A stretch of 15,239 bases of DNA from Clostridia bacterium. Lineage in GTDB: Bacteria; Bacillota; Clostridia; Christensenellales; Aristaeellaceae. Every line of letters starts with the position of its first letter. The stretch's first letter is position 1. The stretch spans positions 6,901-22,139 of the forward strand of contig JAUNDF010000033.1 in NCBI GenBank assembly GCA_030526225.1. The letters are read 5' to 3'. Shown here in pieces: positions 6,901 to 13,031 of the stretch. The notes under the pieces were generated by a model. It was not told the DNA's origin. It saw only the letters and a list, made by a program, of their open reading frames with translations, and searched no databases. The translations under genes and the position numbers were made by a program.

Positions 6901-9648
6901 GGCAATCCTGCTGCCTTTGATGATGCAAGCAATCCCTATGACTGGAAGGCCCGCGTAACCCTTGCCCAAAAGCAGACCACCGCATGGACCACAGTTAGCG
7001 GCGCGGCTGATGCCAAGCCCGGCACATGGGCCTTCTCCGGCTGGTATACCGATGCGGCCTACACCTACAATGCCGCAGATTTCAACATCACCGCAGACAA
7101 AACGCTGTATGGCTACTGGACCTTTACCGGTGATACCTATACGCTGGACTATGCTGTAAAGCCTGATGCTGTCTGGGGCAAGCCCCTTGAAAGCAAGACC
7201 ACGGCAACCCCTGCCAAGGTAACCGATATCGCATGGGACGGCTCTGTAACATTGGCTGCGGGGCTTAAGACCACCAGCGTCACTTCCGTCCGCAGTGACG
7301 GCGAGACAGTCCCCGGCGTATGGTCCTTTGTGGGCTGGGCCGCGGATGAAGCTGCCCTTACCGCCGGCACAACCATTACCGCCAGCGAACACATCAAGGA
7401 AAACCGTACGGTTTACGGTCAGTGGAAGTTCACACCGACCACCTATAACGTAAGCTATCAGGTGGAGGGTGATGCGCTGTACGGCATCCCCGAAGGCAAT
7501 CCCGCTTCCTTTGATGATACCAACAACCCCTACGACTGGAAGGATACCGTAACCGTCGCGCCTCTGCAGACCACTGCATGGACAACCTCCGACGGCACGG
7601 ATGCCGGCATGCCCGGCACCTGGTCCTTCAGCACTGCCTGGACCACAACGGATGCCTCTGTTTCCGGCGGCAGGTTCAGCATCACCAGGGACACTGTCCT
7701 GAAGGGTGCATGGCGCTTTAAGCCGACCCTGGGCAGCGTTAAGATGGATATGGGCGTTGTGGGTGTAACGGCAGACAAGAATCTGGAGTTCACCTACACC
7801 ATCACCCTGACCAGCCCCGTGGCAGGCACCAACCAAACCGGTACGCTGACCCTGCCCGGCAAGAGCGCTGTACCCATGACCTTTGTCCCCAATGGCAAGG
7901 GCGGCAGCGAGGCTGTGGCAACAGTTACCCTGAAGGGCGGCAATACCAAGCCCGCCGTGCTGGATGGCATTCCCGTGGGCACCTTCTGGAAGGCTGAATT
8001 CGTGCCGGATGAAAAGACGGGTCTGTATACCATCACCGGCACCGACAACCTGACCGGTACCATTCTGGCCGGTGAGGAAGCAAAGCTGATTCACTACGAG
8101 CACAGCATTGCCGCGCTGGATATGACCATGAATGTCTACGGCAACCTCTGCAGCGACAAGCATGAATTCACCTATACCATCACCCTGAAGGATGCAAACG
8201 GCAGCCCCGTTTCCGGCAGCTATCCGCTCAAGACCGGCAGCAAGTATCTGCCCGGCACCAGTGCGGCCGACAATCGCCTGACCTTCAAGGATGGCACGGC
8301 AACCGTGGTACTGCGCGACAGCCACAAGGAGCTGGATACGAATGATTACAAGATCATCGTGGATGGCCTGCCTGTGGGCGCAAGCTACACCACCGAATGC
8401 ATCGCCCTCGGTGCGGAAGGCTACTCCACCGCACTGACCTGCGGCAATACGCTCACGCCTGCCGCTGTGGAGCACATTGTGTACAAGCACGCACGCAGAG
8501 GCGGCGATCTGGACATCACCCTGAAGCTGAAGGGCAATGCCATTGAAAAGGACCGTGTCTTCACCTATACCGTAACCCTGAAGGAATCCGACGGCACCCT
8601 GATGAAGAACACGGCGGTGAAGGTGGTTCTGCCCGGCAGCAAAACGGAGACCGAACTGACCACCAACAACAACGGTGAGCTGGTCGTCAGCCTGATGGAC
8701 GGCCAGACGATGACGGTGAAGTATCTGCCTGCAGGTGCTGTGTTCAGCGCAGTCATTACGCAGGACAACAGCAGCCTCGGCTACGCTGTGGAAGCTGCCA
8801 AGCTGAACAACGCCGCGTATGCCGGCACCATCACCGGAACCATTGTGGAGCAGGGCATCCAGCACCTGGTCTATGTCCATCAGCGCAGCAACGGCTATCT
8901 GACCGTTGGCAAAACGGTAGAGTTTGCCGGAAGCAATACTGTACCGGGCCGCACCTTCACCCTGACCATTACACTGAAGGACAAGGACGGCAACAACGTG
9001 ACCGATACCTTCAGCGCGGTGTACAAGCGGCCCAAGCTGACAGACAAAACGAAGGATGTGACCTTTGTTGACGGTGTCGCCGCGGTCAACCTGCACCACA
9101 ACGAAACGGTGACCATCAACAATCTGCCTGTTCTTGCCGCCTATGAGGTGAACGAAACCAATCCCGACGGATACACGGTTTCCTGGGAGAACGAGCGCGG
9201 AACCATTCCCGCAGGCAGCGGCGTGACCGTCAAGTGCATCAACAGTGCCCGGCAGACCTACACAGCCTACACGGTGAAGAAGATCTGGAAGGACAACGAT
9301 GACGAGTTTGAGAAGCGCCCCGACAGCGTGACCATTACGGTAAAGGGCAGCGACGGCTATCGTGCAGAGCTGACACTGACCGAGGACAACGGTTGGCAGG
9401 CCGAAACTGAACAGCTGCCCACCCTGGATGATGACGCCAGACAGATTACCTACTCCTTCGCGGAGGAAAAGGTACCTGCCGGCTATCAGGTCAGCCTGAA
9501 GGTGGAAGGCACAACGATTACGGTCACCAACACGCTGCCCGGTGCAGACAAGCCTGTATCTCCCGAATTCGGTGAAATGCAGATTGAAGACAATACCATT
9601 CCTCTGGGTATGGGCATGAACATGAACGAAGGCGACTGCTTCGAGTAA
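3967..9648 (+). CDS. Giant cell-surface adhesin, distal segment (frame is open from 3937). DUF11-like domains, six SHIRT/Listeria-Bacteroides-repeat-like units, four SpaA/pilin-type domains, one Cna-B domain, unusual ...GDCFE C-terminus
   Basis: Same frame (+1) as 88..3936, separated only by TAG 3934-3936. Read through, the junction is ...RRYDPLDV[TAG]TSITKTVTGSVVDNPATG.... No Shine-Dalgarno sequence lies in the 30 nt before GTG 3967, and the N-terminus (MVDNPATGIQSQ) is not a signal peptide although the protein is clearly extracellular. SITKTVTG..(22 aa)..FYIQQRGNTSVADE(15 aa)..DLLPGGTEVDPSTVRV resembles a DUF11 conserved-repeat domain start. KKIWKDNDDEFEKRPDSVTITVKG...NGWQAE...ITYSFAEEKVPAGYQVS...TVTNT is a classic Cna-B signature. 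TAA at 9646-9648. Confidence 0.88.
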   Translation: MVDNPATGIQSQNVKFYIQQRGNTSVADEIMDPVVLKDGIFYDLLPGGTEVDPSTVRVINGSSSANALPSSAYSVSFDYDWQATGQTMMMVEFHQPEEKRAWSAVRENAIQTIQVTYTMTNSYDNIRDRGINVVNTVGYLNLNEQSMVNAAAAYKLNKITFRDAYQSLYDAHPNDMLFTQCSFNFKPVGVKQTGYSKMVKSDTVNVYSSKSRALPGDSYRYWIGYTTAGNTTADRIVIYDELETYVNTENGTQSEWQGVLTGVDIGAIKGKVSYYDESDPNAVPAYLAPVVYYSTQTNPVRNVDDSSVWTSVRPANLASVKAIAIDCRYNSDGSEFRLGPSNTGDAYNKLNIYVTMKAPTDSNLFNKTTMNESVVTARTYTGYVPTAAAGTETLSAHCQLTLVEPALFLHKWQGNATLPTNDQPNADNSAPWRQQIYNRSGLWYRILIANTDAELEYKRVVLEDDIPAGMSVNLSASKQYIYTLKDPNVSYDTGTNRTYIVNGTFLSTANSYLDAEVTKNADGTQHVRVTINKMKPGVYYDIRLSCSTAFSFTDMTYTNTAKVTSVNGTAVNKESNTVVMDGAVRYQVNYNYITKDAANKTIEYPPNGLYTPKPAASATTLAYDDAYTLADVSATADYKVINKVKTPGTWRFLGWYRSTAEAQEAYAAGAPTTKAISMNKVADFFDLSACVSGDYYFANTGNGATNFAQAVNNIAAIQDTDAGKVKLYQWNGGVVTTSTTLPTPWTYYMLPVYGCYIFEPTVYSISYVVNPDSTWGIPAGSPAVVDAHTNLAYLSNTTLKDALSTTVTYATSAATGTDQVPGVWTFTGWQDESGKAVTEVNGINRDWTVSGQWTFTPITYTLDYSVKADPVWGKPAADRTKATPAQVTGINWDGTVTLAAGLTTTDGNARRSDGENVPGVWSFVGWSADEAALAAGTTITASEHIKENRTVYGKWVFTPTTYNVHYQVAGDSTWGIPEGNPAAFDDASNPYDWKARVTLAQKQTTAWTTVSGAADAKPGTWAFSGWYTDAAYTYNAADFNITADKTLYGYWTFTGDTYTLDYAVKPDAVWGKPLESKTTATPAKVTDIAWDGSVTLAAGLKTTSVTSVRSDGETVPGVWSFVGWAADEAALTAGTTITASEHIKENRTVYGQWKFTPTTYNVSYQVEGDALYGIPEGNPASFDDTNNPYDWKDTVTVAPLQTTAWTTSDGTDAGMPGTWSFSTAWTTTDASVSGGRFSITRDTVLKGAWRFKPTLGSVKMDMGVVGVTADKNLEFTYTITLTSPVAGTNQTGTLTLPGKSAVPMTFVPNGKGGSEAVATVTLKGGNTKPAVLDGIPVGTFWKAEFVPDEKTGLYTITGTDNLTGTILAGEEAKLIHYEHSIAALDMTMNVYGNLCSDKHEFTYTITLKDANGSPVSGSYPLKTGSKYLPGTSAADNRLTFKDGTATVVLRDSHKELDTNDYKIIVDGLPVGASYTTECIALGAEGYSTALTCGNTLTPAAVEHIVYKHARRGGDLDITLKLKGNAIEKDRVFTYTVTLKESDGTLMKNTAVKVVLPGSKTETELTTNNNGELVVSLMDGQTMTVKYLPAGAVFSAVITQDNSSLGYAVEAAKLNNAAYAGTITGTIVEQGIQHLVYVHQRSNGYLTVGKTVEFAGSNTVPGRTFTLTITLKDKDGNNVTDTFSAVYKRPKLTDKTKDVTFVDGVAAVNLHHNETVTINNLPVLAAYEVNETNPDGYTVSWENERGTIPAGSGVTVKCINSARQTYTAYTVKKIWKDNDDEFEKRPDSVTITVKGSDGYRAELTLTEDNGWQAETEQLPTLDDDARQITYSFAEEKVPAGYQVSLKVEGTTITVTNTLPGADKPVSPEFGEMQIEDNTIPLGMGMNMNEGDCFE
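5716..7726 (+). repeat. Six tandem beta-repeat units of about 100 aa, SHIRT-like / Listeria-Bacteroides (Flg_new)-like
   Basis: Each unit begins Y(x)(V/L/I)xYxV and contains PG(T/V)W(x)F(x)GW followed by (V/L)YG(x)W(x)F(T)P. Example: YNVHYQVAGD...KPGTWAFSGWYTDAAYTYNAADFNITADKTLYGYWTFTG. The first unit carries a long insertion. Confidence 0.7.
6541..7728 (+). repeat. Direct tandem duplication of a 594-nt (198-codon, two-domain) unit: copy A 6541-7134, copy B 7135-7728
   Basis: There are identical runs at an exact 594-nt offset. gtccccggcgtatggtcctttgtgggctgg occurs at 6715-6744 and 7309-7338. accgccagcgaacacatcaaggaaaaccg occurs at 6784-6812 and 7378-7406. At protein level, YTLDYSVKADPVWGKP... 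matches YTLDYAVKPDAVWGKP.... Confidence 0.9.
7729..9246 (+). repeat. Four tandem SpaA / Cna-B-like (pilin-type, prealbumin-fold) domains of about 126-132 aa
   Basis: The core (E/V/T)FT(Y/L)T(I/V)TLK(D/E)xxG has its Phe codons at 7789, 8167, 8560 and 8956, giving spacings of 378, 393 and 396 nt. Each is followed by a G(L/I)P(V)G..(Y/W), LPAGAVF or NLPVLAAYEV motif, as in Gram-positive pilin and adhesin stalk domains. Confidence 0.65.
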
Positions 9649-9659
9649 GCAGCTGCGGT

Positions 9660-9687
9660 CCGCGCAGGGGGAATGCCCTCTGCGCGG
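9660..9687 (+). terminator. GC-rich hairpin downstream of the adhesin stop (weak intrinsic terminator or attenuator)
   Basis: CCGCGCAGGGGG (9660-9671), loop aatg, CCCTCTGCGCGG (9676-9687) forms a 12-bp stem with one G-T wobble, 12 nt after TAA. The following sequence gctccttgtcc is not a clean U-tract. Confidence 0.4.
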
Positions 9688-9734
9688 GCTCCTTGTCCCG
9701 ATGAAGACGAAATTGCCGAAAGGAAAATGAAGCG

Positions 9735-11681
9735 ATGAAAAAGCGAATCGGCATCCTTCTTGCAGCAATCCTGCTTCTGGGCTGTCTGCCGGCTTTGGCA
9801 TGGCAGGATGTGCATGTTGAAAAAACAGCGGATAAGCCGCAGTCGCATATAACCGTGGGCAGCACAACCCGTGTGAACGGCATGTTTTTTACCAACCAAT
9901 TCGGCAACAATGCCAGCGATATTGATGTGCGGTCCATGCTGCACGGGTATAATCCCGTTGTGTGGGCATCGCAGGTTGAATTCTCTCTGGATCCGCAGGT
10001 TGTCGCCGACATGCACAAGACAATCAGCACGGACGGCAGCATGACCTATACCATCACCCTGCACAAAGACCTGAAGTGGAATGACGGTACGCCCATTCAT
10101 GCAGCTGACTATGTGTTTGCCTATCTGCTGCAGGCTTCTCCTGAATTCGCCGCGATTGGTGCCGATACGGCAGTGTGGCGGCATATCGTCGGCTACGAAG
10201 AATACGCCAACGGCAAGACTGACAATTTGCAGGGCGTGCGCCTGCTGGATGAGGACCGGTACAGCATCACCGTCAAAGCAGAATATGAGCCGTACTTCTA
10301 CGAATTCAGCTATCTGTCGGTCAATCCTTGCCCGATTGCGGTGATTGCCCCCGGATGCACCGTTGTGGACAGAGCAGCAGGTGCCGCCATTGTGGATGCG
10401 GATAACAACACCGCACAGACTGCTTTTACCGCGCAGCTGCTGGAAAGCACGGTGATGGGCGAAGAAGGCTACATGACCCATCCTGAACTGACCTGCGGCC
10501 CGTATTCGCTGGTTGCCTACGATGCGGCTTCCGGTCAGGTGGAATTTGAACGCAATGTGCTGTACAAGGGCAACTACGAGGGCGCAAAGCCTGCAATCGA
10601 TACGGTAACACTGGTGCCCGTGCTGCAGTCTTCCATGATTGATGACCTTCTGAGCGGGAAGGTTGATTTGCTCAACAAGGTTGCTTCCGAAAACACAATC
10701 AAGCAGGCCCGGAAAACGCTGAACAACAACCGGTTCAAGTTCCAAAGCTATGCCCGGCTTGGCTACGGCTTTGTGGCCATTGCCTGTGAGCAGGGCCCTC
10801 AGCAGTTTGAAAAGGTGCGTCAGGCACTGGCTTGCGTGATTGACAGCAAAGCCTTTGTGAAGAACTATCTTGGCGGCAGCGGCTTGACGGTAAAGGGCTA
10901 TTACGGCATCGGACAATGGATGAATCAGGCCGTGAATGGTTCTTACCGCCCTGAAAACATTGATGAAGCACAGCAAAAGCAGTGGGATGCGCTCAGCCTT
11001 GATGTGCTGGATGCATATGACTATGATGCAGAGCGTGCCCTCAATCTGCTGATTGAGGATGGCTGGGTGCTCAACGCTGACGGCGATGCGTTTGACCCCG
11101 CGAAGGATGACATCCGCTATAAGCAGCTGGAGGACGGCAGCCTGATGCCGCTGACCTTCCGCTTTGCTGTCACAAAGGATAATGCCGCCGCTGCGTATAT
11201 CGTTTCCGGTTTACAAAGTGTTTTGCCGGTGCTTGGTGCGCAGCTGGTGGAGACGGAAATTTCATTCACCGACTTGCTGAAGGCGTATTACCGTGAAGGC
11301 GGAAACCGTTCCTACGATCTTGCATTCATGGCAACCAACTTCATCAGCACCTTTGACCCCTACATGCATTTTGCTTCCGAAGCGGATTACGCCGGTGCCA
11401 TGAACACCAGCGGCATTGATGATGCATAGCTGCGGGCGCTGGCCTGGGAACTGCATACCACGGTGCCCGGTGATGAACTGGGCTACATGAAGCGCTGGAT
11501 TGCGTTCCAAAAGCGGTTTAATCAGGTATTGCCGACGATTCCTGTTTATTCCAACATCTATCAGGATATCCACATTGTCGGCTTGAAGAATTACCGCATC
11601 ACGGCCCAAACCAACTGGCCGGCAGCCCTGCTGTATGCAAATGTGGAGCAGTCTGCAAGCCAAACGCCGGCGATGAATTGA
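9735..11681 (+). CDS. ABC transporter substrate-binding lipoprotein, family 5 (peptide/oligopeptide/nickel type), interrupted by one in-frame TAG at 11427-11429
   Basis: AGGA at 9721-9724 lies 10 nt before the ATG. The signal peptide with lipobox is MKKRIGILLAAILLLGC. SBP_bac_5-like motifs are present: TITLHKDLKWNDGTPIHAADYVFAY, GKVDLLNKV, YGFVAIACEQGP and VRQALACVIDSKAF. After the TAG the same frame continues: LRALAWELHTTVPGDELGYMKRWIAFQKRFNQVLPTIPVYSNIYQDIHIVGLKNYRI.... That is the canonical C-terminal helix plus the (L)P(x)IP(L/V)Y strand of this family. The true stop is TGA at 11679-11681. The track splits this gene into 9735..11429 and 11463..11681, which share a frame. Confidence 0.88.
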
Positions 11682-11697
11682 TTGATGGCTTTACAAG

Positions 11698-11740
11698 AAG
11701 GGCCGCCTGCTGCAGCATGAAACTGTAACAAGCGGCCCTT
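11698..11740. terminator. Hairpin between convergent genes (possible bidirectional terminator)
   Basis: AAGGGCCGC (11698-11706) pairs with GCGGCCCTT (11732-11740) in a perfect 9-bp stem, but the loop is long (25 nt). T-containing tails flank it (tcgctt on plus, cttgtaaag on minus). It lies 17 nt after the SBP stop and 8 nt after the remnant stop. Confidence 0.4.
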
Positions 11741-11747
11741 TCGCTTA

Positions 11748-11990
11748 TCAGATATGAGAAGGAAGGATTTGCTTTGGGTATGCCGAACCGTATACAATAA
11801 TTGTATGGGGCCGCAGCACACGAACCATCTAATTGAGTCCGGTTTCAAACCGTTCGCGATCTTCCAACTTACGCGGACTGCCTCCAACCGTTCCAATTGC
11901 AACGACGCTATGAGTTGGAATGCCTACAAAACAATATCGGTAGCTTTCAGATGTTCCCCAACGAACGTTGTTGATGACGGGAATCTTCCG
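11748..11990 (-). pseudogene. 3' remnant of a DUF4417-like gene (no start codon; contains an in-frame TAG at 11829-11831)
   Basis: The minus-strand frame reads RKIPVINNVRWGTSESYRYCFVGIPTHSVVAIGTVGGSPRKLEDRERFETGLN[TAG]MVRVLRPHTIIVYGSAYPKQILPSHI* followed by TGA TAA. The IPVINNVRWGT...CF.GIP..S.VAIGT...GL..M...L.P.TIIVYGS pattern matches my recollection of DUF4417 family C-terminal halves. This is from memory and unverified. The remnant begins immediately after the flavodoxin stop, in the same frame. Confidence 0.4.
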
Positions 11991-12416
11991 TCATTCCGAT
12001 AGTTTCGCGCCCATCTTCCTACATGCAACTACCGCGTCCTCATCCGGCGCTTCGCAGCAGATGACCGGCTCGCAAGCCATGACAGCGCCGTCCGCAATAC
12101 AAGTTTCTTCCCAGTTGCGCATCCATTCGCCATCTCCCCAGCCATACGAGCCAAACAAAGCGATCCGTTTCCCGGACAGTTTTCCTTCACAGGCTTCGAA
12201 CGTGGGCAAGAACTCACTTTCTTCAAGCTGCTCCGAACCCATCGACGGACAACCAAAGGCGATAGCGTCATACGAGTCCATCTTCTCTGCGGCGAACAGA
12301 TCCGCCGTGAACAGCTCTGCTTCTGCACCGCTCTCCTTCACACCCTGCGCAACGGCTGTTGCCATGGCCTCAGTATTTCCTGTTCCGCTCCAATACACGA
12401 TTGCTATCTTCTTCAT
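11991..12416 (-). CDS. Short-chain flavodoxin
   Basis: MKKIAIVYWSGTGNTEAMA contains the FMN phosphate loop (S/T-x-T-G-x-T), and FGSYGWGDGEWM is the second FMN loop. The product is 141 aa. AAGGA lies 9 nt upstream of ATG 12416, which I prefer over the track start at 12434. TGA stop at 11991-11993. Confidence 0.9.
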   Translation of the reverse strand: MKKIAIVYWSGTGNTEAMATAVAQGVKESGAEAELFTADLFAAEKMDSYDAIAFGCPSMGSEQLEESEFLPTFEACEGKLSGKRIALFGSYGWGDGEWMRNWEETCIADGAVMACEPVICCEAPDEDAVVACRKMGAKLSE

Positions 12417-12438
12417 ACAAACACATCCTTTCAATATC

Positions 12439-12990
12439 TCAAACGGTTACAGTAAGCCGTTCGATTGACGTTCCTTTGGAATGACGGGCACAGTACACGC
12501 GTGTGCATTTTTTGTACTTTGCAAAAATCTCTTTCGCGGCGGCTTCATCGCCGTACACCTTCCAACAGCCTACACATTTGCAGCCTTCCGCCCTGTTTTC
12601 AATGAAGCCTTCCACATCTTCAGGCGGATAACCAAGAAACAGACCGATTTCGTGGGGGAAGCCATCACTTTCCCGCAAGCGATTCATCAGATGCATCACG
12701 CATTGATTTACCTTATGGATTGGATACCCTCTCTCCACAAGCAATTTCTTTGCTTTCGCCGATTTCAGATCCCTGCCCAACAGCTCGGGACGAAATACAT
12801 AAATCAATGCGCGATTTTTATCTGTCCTCAGCGGAATGATGCGCAGTCCCTTGGATGACAGACAGTTGTTATAATGGCGTATGCTGTCTGTAAGCTCATC
12901 TGTGCAGCTAAAGGTGCAATTGAAGATATTGCCTGTTTTTAATCCAGCCATCGTCGGTGCGCAGTGGCGGACGACCAGCTCATCTGACAC
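12439..12990 (-). CDS. DUF3793 family protein, co-transcribed with flavodoxin
   Basis: Contains HCAPTMAGLKTGNIF and FPHEIGLFLGYPPEDVEGFI...CKCVGCWKVYGD, which are DUF3793 hallmarks as I recall them. A strong AGGAGG (complement of 12996-13003 region) lies 7 nt before GTG 12990, so the track start at 13035 is probably too far upstream. The TGA stop at 12439-12441 is 22 nt from the flavodoxin ATG. Confidence 0.8.
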   Translation of the reverse strand: MSDELVVRHCAPTMAGLKTGNIFNCTFSCTDELTDSIRHYNNCLSSKGLRIIPLRTDKNRALIYVFRPELLGRDLKSAKAKKLLVERGYPIHKVNQCVMHLMNRLRESDGFPHEIGLFLGYPPEDVEGFIENRAEGCKCVGCWKVYGDEAAAKEIFAKYKKCTRVYCARHSKGTSIERLTVTV

Positions 12991-13031
12991 TTCTTCTCCT
13001 CCTTGTCTTTCATGGGAATTTGCCTCCGTGT

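Noticed and set aside
9532-9549. TLPGAD as a possible LPXTG sortase motif
   Set aside because: It does not match LPXTG, and it is not followed by a hydrophobic segment and a basic tail.
9701-9738. Mini-ORFs MKTKLPKGK* (9701..9730) and MKR* (9727..9738) ahead of or overlapping the SBP start
   Set aside because: They have no RBS and are very short. They overlap the SBP Shine-Dalgarno region, and there is no evidence of function.
5938-9867. 1,309-aa ORF on the minus strand, plus the similar long antisense ORFs 655..2238, 4156..5544 and 9486..10976
   Set aside because: These are mirror-frame shadows of the GC-rich plus-strand genes. Their translations are low-complexity and rich in G, A, R, H and C. 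ORF 5938..9867 runs straight through the adhesin stop, the hairpin and the SBP start, and none has an RBS or a recognisable motif.
11792-11806. Perfect palindrome ATACAATaATTGTAT as an operator or hairpin
   Set aside because: It falls inside the conserved-looking HTIIVY coding segment of the DUF4417-like remnant, so it is probably coincidental.
11754-12002. Track ORFs 11754..12002 (+), 11591..11902 (-) and 11968..12468 (+)
   Set aside because: They have no motifs or RBS. They overlap the better-supported minus-strand remnant and the flavodoxin gene, and 11968..12468 is the antisense of flavodoxin.
12417-12434. Upstream-extended starts given by the ORF track for flavodoxin (12434), DUF3793 (13035) and AraC (14058)
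   Set aside because: Internal starts at 12416, 12990 and 13971 each have a well-spaced Shine-Dalgarno sequence (AAGGA, AGGAGG, GGAGG) and give canonical family N-termini. The extensions add non-homologous residues.
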